Of a stretch of 64,000 bases of DNA, positions 1 through 37,336 are shown piece by piece. Below the pieces are notes generated by a model. That model ran no database searches and was not told where the DNA came from. It saw nothing but the letters and a program-made list of their open reading frames with translations. Within the stretch, counting starts at the first letter, position 1, and every line of letters starts with the position of its first letter. The DNA is from Octopus vulgaris (Eukaryota), in contig OX597824.1 of NCBI GenBank assembly GCA_951406725.2, forward strand, positions 86,180,001-86,244,000. The letters run 5' to 3'. The position numbers and the translations under genes are program-made.

Positions 1-376
1 CTGAACTTTGGTACGGCAAGGTATCACCTTCACAATTTAGCACTTAACTTATCCAGAATATTTAGGAGTTAAGAGGGTGTATGAAATATCTTTCATTTTT
101 TTTTTACTTGTTTCAGTCACTTAAGTGCGACCATGCTGGGGCACTGCTTTGAAAAGTTTAGTCAAACAAAGTCGACGGCTGTATATATATATAAAGAAAA
201 AAAAAAGGCAGGTAATTATTCTAATAGGTCCGTTTTGCTAAACCACTGGCCTATGGAGACGTAAACAAACCAACACCGGTTGTCAAGAGGTGATGAGGAC
301 AAGCATCGCATGTGCACACACATACATACACATTCACACGCGTGCATTTATATATGTATATATATATGTATGTATG

Positions 377-446
<70 letters not shown>

Positions 447-813
447 CATATTTATAGATACATATATATATATTATATATATGTATATATATATATATAT
501 CATCATCATCATCATTTAACGTCCGCTTTCCATGCTAGCATGGGTTGGACGGTTCAACTGGGGTCTGGGGAGCCGGAAAGCTGCACCAGTCCAGTCAGAT
601 CTGGCAGTGTTTCTACAGCTGGATGCCCTTCCTAACGCCAACCACTCCGAGAGTGTAGATATATATCATATATATATGTGTATATATGTATATATATATA
701 TATATATGTATATACATGTATATATACATATACATATATATATACATATACATATATATATATATACATACATATATATATATATATGTATATACATATA
801 TATGTATAATATG

Positions 814-1530
814 AGTTTTTTCGGTGTCGGTGATGTAGAGTGGCTCCACTCCATTGACTGCCTCTTTGATTCCGGTTCATAATGATGAACCCATGTTTCA
901 TCACCTGTTATGAACCTTCGAAAGAAGGTGTTGTCTCTTTGACTTTGTTCGAGAAGTTCAGTGCAGGCATTGACCCTGTCTGTCTTGCGTTCGGTAGTCA
1001 GCTCTCTCGGTACCCGACGGGGCACACACTTTTGAAAAGCCAAGTGATTCGACAATGATGTCAGCACTTCCATGGCCCACTTCAAGGTTTTCTGCCAACT
1101 CATCAAGAGTTATGCACCTGTCTTCTCTGATCAGGGCATCTGCTTTTGCTATATTAGCAGGATTCACAGAAGCGGCCGGCCGGCCAGAACGGGGTTTATC
1201 GGCTACATTCACAGTTCCCACCTTTTCATCTTACAGTTGACAGACCGACATTGCTGTAATCTAAAGTATTGTCCTCAAAGGTATTTTGTAATCGTCAGTG
1301 ATTGTTCACAGGGGTTTCCCCCCTCAGCAACAAGAAATTCAATCACTGCTCTTTGTTTTTGATGTAACTCTGAGGGGGAAGCCATTTTGAATTTTCCTTA
1401 CAAGTCTAAAAACCTGAAAAGTAAGAAACAAAATATTTCAGAACATAAATTATATAATCATTTCAGTTATTTTTATCAAAAACTTCACATCAAATAAAGA
1501 AAATGGCATTACTTTTAACTTACCCATGTA
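814..1530 (-). mobile_element. Truncated, frameshifted mariner transposon (5' half)
   Basis: ATG at 1385 gives MASPSELHQKQRAVIEFLVAEG. Further pieces are DKPRSGRP, RVPRELT and [25 protein letters not shown] (first D of the DD34D triad). TIR-like end near 1503-1530. Cut by a (TA)n tract. Confidence 0.9.
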
Positions 1531-1974
1531 CATGTATATACACACATATATATATATGTATATATTTATATATATATATATATATACCAGAGTAAACACA
1601 TAAATGTGAAACAAGGTGGAAAATAGAGTACTCAAATACCAGGGGTAGAGTAATATGCTTTATTTAAAAGCAGCAGAAATTCAACACGTTTTGTTGAATT
1701 TCTGTTGCTTTTAAATAAAGTATATATATATACACACACACACATACACATGCATATACACATGCTCTTAGCTTAGTTTTTTCTTGGGGCTGGCCAGATT
1801 GGAGCAATCTCGAGTATAACCAGCCGAAGTTGCAAAGAAAATCTCAAACTCGACTGAGGAAAGAAAACTCCGAATGACCCATCCCTGTTTTCTTTGTACC
1901 GGCTATCTGGATATTTTGTTGTTCCTTTTTTGTATCATCTGACTGTCTGGATGTTTTGTGTTCTTGTCCCATTT

Positions 1975-2014
<40 letters not shown>

Positions 2015-2294
2015 CACTTTCGTTTATATCCTCCCTGGTAACATTGATGCATTGTTCCACATTATTCATCCTCTTTTAATGCATCTATCAAAAAATATGT
2101 CGGTGATATGGTGATATAAATGATTTAAATAACATCTTGTGCATTTGACTTCATTTTCCATTATTCTTAAGTTGTCCAAAAAACTTCTCCTCGGAATTAA
2201 ATCCCATACAACTGTTATTACTAATTCCTAGGACATTTATGTCACATCTGCCTACCTTGGAACTGTTCCTCTGGATCTTTCCTATGAACTGAAC

Positions 2295-2297
<3 letters not shown>

Positions 2298-2357
<60 letters not shown>

Positions 2358-2471
2358 TAATATATATATATACATATATATATATATACATATATATATA
2401 TACATATATATATATACATATATATATATACATATATACATATATATATAAATATATATATACATATATAT

Positions 2472-2526
<55 letters not shown>

Positions 2527-2527
2527 C

Positions 2528-2570
<43 letters not shown>

Positions 2571-2587
2571 TATATAAATATATATAT

Positions 2588-2639
<52 letters not shown>

Positions 2640-2670
2640 AATATATATATACATATATGTACATATATAG
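2298..2670. repeat. Long (TA)n/(TACA) microsatellite; similar tracts at ~340-500, ~660-810 and ~58705-58767
   Basis: Directly visible. Confidence 0.97.
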
Positions 2671-2952
2671 TTTAACTATTCTCATTGTATTTTCATATAT
2701 ATATACATATATATTTTAACTATTCTCAGTACATTTTCATATATATGTAATATTAGGGAGTATAACTCCAAACTTACAAGGAAAAATTCAGTTTTGTTTA
2801 TTTCAGTTTTTTTCAGCAAAAAGCAATTATAGTTCATCAAAGTATGCACCTCAATTATCAATACACTTTTGAAATGTCAGGATAGAACATTACAGTTAAT
2901 ACTGTCAAACTTGATGTATAAGAAAATTGGGCATCTTATTCTTAATGACCTG

Positions 2953-3025
<73 letters not shown>

Positions 3026-3061
3026 AATGGAGTTTAACGCAGGTGTTATTCAAATTCATTT

Positions 3062-3150
3062 ACTTCCAACACATGTTTCGAAGATATCACTGATATTATT
3101 CCAAAGGAATAAAATGGTGTAAAACGATGTAATCTTCTCTTCAGGGAAGT
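3062..3150 (-). ncRNA. Type I hammerhead ribozyme motif
   Basis: ACTTCC-CTGAAGA-GAAGAT..(loop)..ATCTTC-GAAA-C-ATGT-G-TT-GGAAGT: 6-bp stem I, 6-bp stem II, minimal palindromic stem III, GUU cleavage triplet. Confidence 0.7.
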
Positions 3151-3779
3151 GAAGAAATGAAACTCATCAATAAGACATTTTAACAGAAAATGATGGATAT
3201 GTATAGTGATTAACTGAACGCTATTAATATTGTTTCAAAAAAACGTTATAGGATATAACGTCAGAGGTAGCCTATAGAAAGAGGAAGGATAAAGTAAGGA
3301 AAAACTAAATAAATGTGAAGTATATGACTATATGTATATTAAATAAAACCTAATAGACTAGGAAAATATATATCTCTAGTGAATGTGAAGTGTAAAAAGA
3401 AAATTAATGTTTAAATTATATATAATGATAGAAATCACGTATATGAACTAAAGGTACATTTTTGCCAATGTTTACATCGGTATGCACGCTCTATAACCTT
3501 GTTTACAAGGGGATTTTTAGAAAAAAGAATAAAAAATAGTTCAGAATTACAGAGAAGACAGAATTCCTTGCCTTTGTCATAAGGTATCGAGATTGAGAGA
3601 ATCAACCAATCTAAATTAAACTGTTTATTGTGGTCTTTTAGATCGCAAATTAATTTACTAAACCCTGTACTGTTACATTTATTTCTATCCCTAAATGTCG
3701 TGTATTGATTAGAAATTCTTCTAGATAACTGTGAAGACGTGCTTCCAATATAAAAACATGAGAAAAACTTATATTTACG

Positions 3780-4149
3780 AAGTTATTTTACGTTAAAGTT
3801 GTCCTATTTCGTTAATTTCAACCAATCAATGACGTGTATTCAGCTGAATAAAATTACTGCTGTTGTTTGTCAACAACAATTATCGGCGGTGTATACTTCG
3901 TTTGTCACTGTTATTTATGACATCCTTTGTGCATTTGTACTGATTTTAGCTTTAAGGTTTTAGGGTAAGTGTTAGAGTTTTAAGGTTAGGGTTTTAGGGT
4001 TAGGGTTGTCATAAATAATAGTGACAAACGAAATATACACCTCCGGAAGTTCTTGTTGACAAACAACAGCAGAAATTTTATTCAGCTGAATACACGTCAT
4101 TGATTGGTTGAAATTACCGAAATATGACAACTTTAACGTGAAATAACTT
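3780..4149. repeat. Foldback element with ~140-bp inverted arms and a TTAGGG-like centre
   Basis: Arms ~3780-3922 and ~4007-4149 are reverse complements. The centre contains TTTTAGGG/TTAGGG units. Confidence 0.85.
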
Positions 4150-4260
4150 TTATTTTTCTTAACATGAAACCAATGGTAGCCTTAATACACGAATAAAGAA
4201 ATTCTACCCATTAATGCGGTGTTGACCACTAATTTTTACCATTCGACATTTACGTATATA

Positions 4261-4416
4261 TGGCCCAGTGGTTAGGGCAGCGGACTTGCGGTCGGAGGAT
4301 CGCGGTTTCGATTCCCAGACCGGTCGTTGTGTGTGTTTATTGAGCGAAAACACCTAAAAGCTCCACGAGGCTCCGGCAGGGGATGGTGGTGATCCCTGCT
4401 GTACTCTTTCACCACT
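4261..4416 (+). mobile_element. tRNA-derived SINE family 1; other copies ~6148-6430, ~47000-47390, ~60460-60760, ~61851-62038(-), ~63790-64000(-)
   Basis: Head TGGCCCAGTGGTTAGGGCAGCGGACT(C/T)GCGGTC..GGTTTCGATTCCC with Pol III A/B boxes, and a shared body GAGCGAAAACACCTAA..GCTCCACG. Confidence 0.8.
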
Positions 4417-4466
4417 CTAAAGGCGGTGCTCCAGCATGGCCGCAGTCAAATGACTGAAACAAGTAC

Positions 4467-4497
<31 letters not shown>

Positions 4498-7028
4498 TAT
4501 ATTTCTATATATATAAAGCTGAAGTTGTCTGTGTGTGTGTGTGTGGCAGGTTTGGTAGCCTTCAACTAACACTATCTCCTCCGAGACTCTGTGGTGCAAG
4601 TTGACCAAAATTGAGAGTATGATAGAAGAAGGCTTGCTCTTCATTCCGCAGAAGAAAAAAATTCAAATCGGACCATGCAAAGACCAAAAAATATTTACAT
4701 CAAAAAGGTGCTTTTTTTCTATGAAAATCCCTATTTTTTTTACGATTTTTTGACTGCTGTGTCGCCATTTTTCGGTGTATTTCAACTTAAAGAGAATAAC
4801 CAGCTACATAATGCAAAATTTTGACTTTTCAAAAATTCCAATTCTAAAGGGTCGACAAGAATTTTTTGGCGATGTCATTGGTTTTGAGCGAACGACGGAT
4901 CAGCTGATCCAATGCAGAGGAGTAATGTTCGCTGCGTGAATGCACTAATTTTCAAGGTCGTCAACTGCTACAGCGTTGAGTACAATTCAACTATTTCAAT
5001 CGATTTTTTGCGAGAAAAACTAATTGCATTAGTGTAAGACAGAACATTTTGCTTAGTCATTTGGACTACACTGACTTTATAGCTGCTGTGAGCATTATAC
5101 TTTGTAAGCTTTTCCTAAATTTAAAAGAAAATACTTACTTTACTACGGCTGTCTAAAAATTTATCTTTGGTACAAAACAAGAACTGTTTACCTTCTTTTA
5201 TGAATTTCGAACGGAGACATTTTTTCTTAATAATTGTTCAATAACGATTAAATGAATTTTTTGGTGCTAACCAACGGAAACATGTAAAATTAAAAGAATG
5301 TGGGGCATGTTGACGTAGTAGGAATTAAAACCACCTTTTTTTACGTTTTACTTTTTGAAATTTCTTCGTATTTAGGATATACTTTTTGCCACATCACTTT
5401 GCCTAAACGTGCTTCACACGACAATGCCTGAAAAAAATCGAATTAATCCGTTTGTCTGTCCTTGTTTGTCTCCTCTGTGTTTAGCCCCTTGTGGGTAGTA
5501 AAAGAAATAGGTATTTCATATGCCATTACGTTTTGAGTTCAAATTCCGCCGAGGTCGACTTTGCTTTTCATCCTTTCGGGGTCGATTAAATAAGTACCAG
5601 TTACTCACTGGCGTCGATGTAATCTACTTAATCCGTTTGTCTGTCCTTGTTTGTCCTCTCTGTGTTTAGCCCCTTGTTGATAGTAAAGAAATAGGTATAC
5701 CTTCGTACGTATGTCACTCGGCGACTTTGTTTCTCCATATCTTTCAATCAAATTCTTTTAAGGAAATTTTCTAAGGATGGCCGGTCGTGCAAAATTAGTA
5801 ACCGGGTCAAAATGAGTAACTCCTGATTTCTCGTTATTTTCTCCTTACCTCTTTGAAATCATGACTTTGCAAGTATGGTTTGATTATTTGGTACTGCTGT
5901 ATCAGTCAGCATAGTTATAAAAGTTGTGAGAGACCGAAACATCGTCAGGTGGCAAGTCCGGTTTCCAAAAAATTGTTTCCAACTTTGAACCCGATTGTAA
6001 TTGAGGTCGCTAATAAAATATCTGAATAATTTTTGGTGATTAACAATAAATATTCGTTTTTCTTTTGGATTTCAAGTCAATTTTTCTCACACTGTTGTCT
6101 AGTTTGATAATTTTCAAGTTTCAAAAAATAATGGTAAGTAATATGACGAGGGTGGCCTAGTGGTTAGAGTAGCGGACTCGCGGTCGAGGGATCGCGGGTT
6201 CGAATCTCAGACTGGGTGATGTGTGTGTTTATGAGCGAAACACCTAAGCTCCACGCGACTCCGGCAGAAGGTAATGGTGAATCTCTGCTGACTCTTTCGC
6301 CACAACATTCTCTCACTCTTTCCTCCTGCATCTTGCAGCACACCTGCGACGGACTGTCGTCCCGTCCAGGTGGGGAACCTAAGAAAACCGGCCTTTATGA
6401 GCCAGGCATAGCTCGAGAAGGAGCAAACAACAATATCAGCAGATATTTTATATTGAGTTTTTTTATATTTTTTGTTTATTTTGTCGAGTTTCGTTAAACT
6501 TCACGTGTTTTTTTTCCCTGATCCTCTTTCATTTGACCCAGATATTTGAATTTTTAATTCTTATTTTTATTTATTTATTCATTCATTCATTTATTTATTT
6601 TTGCATTTCTGATCTTTCTAGTGTCTATGAATGGATAACGATGTGCACGGGCTTGTTTTCAAATGTTATCTCTGGGTGAATGGAAGCAGCAAATTTATCT
6701 TATCTTGGTTTACTCATTTTGCCCCGGCTAAATTTGTCTTTTAAACACTCAAAGAAAACGGTGATAATTTTCTGAAATAGTCATCTCATCATGTTATGAT
6801 GTTTTTAATGCATTAAGAGGTCATTTGTTTACTTGATATAAGTAAATATTTGAAGAAAATACACCCTCACTCACTATTAATTGACTTTCTTAATCTCAAA
6901 ATATAGGCCGACTTGAAAAGGCTAAAAGCAATTTTTAGTTAGGTCCCCCTAGATGCGCAGTCAGCAGACGGTGCGCGGGTAATTCCATTCAAATAGAACT
7001 TTTCTTTGCTGAAGGAGCGTGACTGATT

Positions 7029-20425
<13,397 letters not shown>

Positions 20426-20727
20426 ACGTAATGGTTTGAGACTCATTCAGTTTTTTGAAGAGAAATTCGTAAAGATTTGATTTTATTCAATTTCTTTTTA
20501 TAGTGGAATGGTTATCAGTTGTAATGACTCTTATGTACAATCAGTAATTAGTTTTATGTATTCAGGTAGATGTGTAGTGAATCTGAGCAGAATTTGAACA
20601 CAAGATTAAATGCATCTAGTCAGATGTTTCTTCCAATTTCTGTTGGAAAATTTTAAACCAAAGAAGATTAAAGCAAGTTTTTTTTTTTTTACTCGATATA
20701 TCAATATTATTGTAAAACAGAATTATT

Positions 20728-20733
20728 AATAAA
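20728..20733 (+). promoter_or_regulatory. Candidate poly(A) signal of PTGR1 copy A (copy B equivalent 37342-37347)
   Basis: AATAAA ~300 nt after the stop codon, conserved in both copies. Confidence 0.45.
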
Positions 20734-21884
20734 TGTTAAAATTAATGTGCTTAACATAATTTACATATCAAATATAATTTGTTGAAGAAATGTTTTGAAG
20801 TAACTACAATGTGTCTGAGGTCAACATTGCCCTCTAATACTTTTATTTTTATTTTGTATTAAATTTATTGGTGCAAAGATTTCATCAGCATCTAAATTCT
20901 TACTCCTGTCTCCAACTTATTGAGAATAGTACATTTCTTTGATGACTTTTTTCTTTTTCTCTCCACTATGATTGCTATCAATTGAGATCTGGACTGTTTT
21001 TGCTCACCATTAAATAGGTAAATCCTTTACAGTTATCCTAAGAATTATGGAAGGCCCTGCATCCGATCTTTGGTAGAATTGCTTTCATAATCTACTTTTG
21101 GTAATTCTTGTCCAGTCTAATATTCTTTCTATTGCATCTTGCTAGGTTGAGTAAGCTTTTCATTTAAAACAGCAAATAATTTACTGAAGCTGAAATAGTT
21201 TTTGCTAATATTTATGTATAATAAAAATGTATCTCCAAAGATGTTGTTGGATATTCATGAGGTAGAACTAGTTGCTGACATGTCTGCTACCAATGCAATC
21301 ACTTACCACTGCAAAGGCTTCCATTTTGGTGCATGATTTTGGTTTTTCCTTCCCAATCCTTCAAGATATGAACACATAACAATCATTTAATGCAACTAAA
21401 TCAGTTTTTTAAAAGGAATTTATATACTTTATTTTTGAATATTCTACAAATTAAAAAAATTTTTTCTAATGATTGAAGCAAATCTATATTTTTTAAGAAA
21501 AATTTTCAAGAAAACTTTGATAAATTTGCTTTTATGGCTTTTTTTTTTTTAATACATTTCCTGAACTGTACAATTAAATATCTATAAGAACAATATTTTT
21601 TATACTTCATGTTTTATGTAAACAGTATTGAACACTACTGCATAGTAAAATGTTACAAAAATACATTTTTTGTTTCAAAACACACCAAGTGTTAGAATTT
21701 AGCCAATGATTGTGACAATGTAGCAGATTTTTTGAAAGCTTTTTAGAAAAATGCTAGATTTTTTTTTGTTGAGATGTTCTTTGTTCTCTTAAAATATAGT
21801 GTTTTTCTTTGAATACCCTTTTTTTACAAAATATCTTAATAAAATAAATCTACATGTGTAAAATCTTGTTTTCATGTGTTTTCT

Positions 21885-23037
21885 TATTCAATAACTTTGA
21901 GTGATTTGTACTCGTTTTTGCTTCCTATAAAACTCTTTTGGTTTCAAAGCGAAGAAGTCTGAAATGTCGGTTTCGACCTACTCCTGGCTTGCGAAAGTTA
22001 TGTCCACCAAATGATTCTGTAAACTACGAAACAAATGGTAGTCTGAGGAGCAAGGTCAGGAGAACAAGGCGAATGAGGAATTTTTTCCCAACTAAGCTCT
22101 TCAATCTTCTGTGATGTGATCTTTGCAGTGTGGGGTTGTGCATTATCCTGATGAAACATCGCTCCTTTTCAATTCACTAAAGCGAGTCTTTTTTTCTTCA
22201 AAACTTGGTTCAAATGCTCTAATTGCTGACAGTAGACTTGAGCATTGATTGTTGCATTAGGTGGTAACAATTCAGAGTGAATTACTCCTTTGCAATCCCA
22301 CCAGATAGAGAGAAGAACCTTTTTCCCATGAAGTTCCCTTCCCAATTGTGGTTGAGCTTTTTCCCTTTTACCAAGCCCCTGTTTACAACGTTTAACATTT
22401 CAATAGAAGATCCATTTTTCATTACAAGTCTATCCAAAAAGGGTGAAATGAGTTCACATGAATGGAGAGAAGAGCAGATGTCAACTCGGGATTTGTGGAG
22501 GCACACAATTTCCAATTTTAAGAACCTTTCCAAGATGTTGAAGATGACAATGAACAGTTGTATGGTTTGAACTAAGCTTTATTGCCAATTCTTCTACTGA
22601 TAATGCAAGATTTTCTTCAAGTAATGCCTCAAGGAGTTTATCATCAAACTCAACTGGACGTCCTGTTCGATCTTCATCTTCAAGGCTGAAATCTCCATTT
22701 CTGAATTTTGCAAACCATCTTCTGTAAGTTCTTTCATTCAAGCATTCTTCCCCATAAACTGAGTGTATGTTTCGAGTCGCTTCAGCTGCAGAGTTTCCTT
22801 TTTTGTACTCATAAAGCATTATGTGCCTCAAATGCTCTTTGGATACTTCCATGTTAGTAAGGGTTTTAATCAAAGAAATTTTAATTCTATTATTCTGCAA
22901 AATAAAATTTAATTAGTTTAAATGTACAGAAATGCATAAAAATAAATTTTAATTCCATTGGACATTCTAAAATTCTATTAAATCTCATTCAATTTTAAAA
23001 AAGGTAAAATCGGACACAACTTATGGAGTGACCTGAT
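21885..23037 (-). mobile_element. Decayed near-full-length mariner transposon (Mos1/Hsmar-like), present only in unit A
   Basis: MEVSKEHLRHIMLYEYKKG..RRWFAKFRNGDFSLEDEDRTGRP, then HQDNAQPH and HSPCSPDLAP..DYHLF (HDNARPH and YSPDLAPSD motifs), with frameshifts and stops. TIR-like end near 23010-23037. Confidence 0.9.
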
Positions 23038-24527
23038 GATACATTGGTACCATACTGCTTTATACAAGCTGTCTCACTAAAAAGACAGTAGCAAGATTAT
23101 ACTTTATTATTGTTTAATTCCAAGTTAGCTCTGCTTGCTTAAGTCAACATTGATGTCAGGCAATACTATTTGTTGAAAGTGTATTTTACAAAATGATTTA
23201 TGTTGTAATAGGGATTATTTACAGATGAATGTATATTTGTTTTTTCAGAAGCTACAATGTGTTGGTTCTCTTGTAATTATTGTACAATTGATCATTGATT
23301 AAATTGGCCCCTGGTACTTGTTTCTAGACCCTAGACAATTAAGAAGCAGATTTTGAGTGCTTTTAGCAGTCTGCTCTATTGCAAGCATTAAAGATAACTT
23401 CCTCCCTCTTTTGAGGCAAAAGAGTTCTTGGGCACAGCCCTTCCTTCATGACCAATGATTATAGAAACGTTCTAATCATAATAGTAATGAGGCTGATGGT
23501 TTTACAGTTACACCTTAGGCAAGTGTCTTTTGCTATAGCCCTAGGCTGACCAAAGCTTTGTGAGTTACTTTGGTAGACAGAAACTGTGAGCTGGCAGAAA
23601 CATTAGCATACTGGGCGAAATGCTTATCGGTATTTTGTATGTCTTTATGTTCTGAGTTCAAACTCCAACAAGGTCGATTAACTAAGTACCAGTTACGCAC
23701 TGGGGTCAATGTAACCAATTTAATCCCTTTAGCTGTCCTTGTTTGTACCCTCTGTGTAGCCCCTTGTGGGCAATAAAGAAATAAGAAACTGAAAGAAGCC
23801 TGTCTCACACACACACACACATATATATGGTTTAAATTTACAGAAAACAAAAGACGACTAGTGTAGGAACAAGAAGCAGATTTATTAGTTTAATGCTCAG
23901 GGGAAAATGGAAAAGCCTTTTACATTTCAAGCCTGCACTCTTCAACAGAAAGGATTAAGAAGAAAAACATGGAGAGAGCGATAAGAAACTATAGTTCAAC
24001 TATCCAACAGGTGAGATGACTGGAAGAAGTAAAATAAAGAGGTTGAATGAAGGGGTATAATAATAAAAATTATAATGGTGACCCCAACGAACTAAGGTGT
24101 GCAAGTATGGGGATGTATTTGAGAATGGTGGTGTGTATATTGAATGTAGCAGTTGATGTGTGTTTGTTCGGGTGGTTGTGTGTGTGTCTGACTAATTTGT
24201 GTGTATGTTTGTGGGTAGAAGTTGTTGTTTATGTGTGTGTATATATTGTCTGTGTTCAGGTATTATGTACCTGTGTGGGAGTGATTGTTTTCTGAAATAG
24301 TCATCTGATCATTTTATGATGTTTTTAATGCATTTAGAGGTCATTTATTACTAACTCCAACTGGTTTTCTTAATCTTAAAATATAGGGTGACTTGAAAAA
24401 GTTAAAAGCAATTTTTAGTAGCCCCCCCCCCCCCTACACACATCTCCTTTGATGTGCAGTAAGCAGGCAGTGCACAAGCAATTCCATTCGAACAGAAGTT
24501 TTCTTTGCTAAAGGAACGTGACTGATT

Positions 24528-36515
<11,988 letters not shown>

Positions 36516-36807
36516 ACGTCAAGCTTGAGACTCATTCAGTTTTTTGAAGAGAAATTCGTAAAGATTTGATTTTATTCAATTTCTTTTTATAGTGGAATGG
36601 TTATCAATTGTAATGACTCTTATGTACAATCAGTAATTATTTTTATGTATTCAGGTAGATGTGTAGTGAATCTGAGCAGAATTTGAACACAAGATTAGAT
36701 TCATCTAGTCAGATGTTTCTTTCAATTTATGTTGGAAAATTTTAAACCAAGGAAAATTAAAGCAAGTTTTTTTTAATTCAATATATCAATATTATTGTAA
36801 AACAGAA

Positions 36808-37336
36808 TCTATATCTATAAAAGGCAGGATGTGTGTGTGTGTACGTGAATATACTTTATGCACATCCACAAATTAGCACGCATGTTGCTCCAATTTTAGG
36901 AGGACATTGGTCACGATTATGGCTGTGCTTTTGTCAACTTATTTTTCCTGAGGCACCCCCAGATAGCGGTAAAAATAGCTTTTCAACCATAACTTTTACC
37001 AATTTTCATGTCGGTGAAGTCTGTAAGTTTGCTAACACGAGTCAAGTCCCCCGTCTTATAGATTAATTTACTCTTCTACAATGCTTGCAAAAAAAAATTA
37101 GATTTGGACTACCTAAGCAATCTCAGCGAAGGAAAAGAGAAAGAGCCGAAGAGACTGACTACCAGCAGACCCTTTAGTAAAATATTGTAACTTTTTGGGC
37201 CAAAACCTGGCAATAAGGGCTTGCAGAATTACCGCTACAAAACATTCAATAATATTGAAGCAGTAACTTTCATAAACCAGGGTTTAATTTTTGAAAACTC
37301 TTTCTGAACCCAGTCAACGATGGGTATTTCTGCTAG
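36808..37336 (+). mobile_element. Non-autonomous Helitron in the 3' region of copy B
   Basis: 5' TCTATATCTATAAA, 3' ACCCAGTCAACGATGGGT hairpin then CTAG. A|T insertion; empty site at ~20722. Confidence 0.85.

Noticed and set aside
1850-1885. CTGAGGA..CCGAATGACC as a hammerhead
   Set aside because: It has no GAAA and no convincing stems.
280-2685. Numerous YI/IY-rich ORFs, and similar CV/HT-rich ORFs elsewhere (e.g. 52998-53458)
   Set aside because: They are translations of (TA)n/(TG)n microsatellites.
4261-4322. tRNA genes at the SINE heads (also ~6148, ~47000, ~60460, ~25043-25110)
   Set aside because: They lack a complete cloverleaf and acceptor stem and run into shared SINE bodies.
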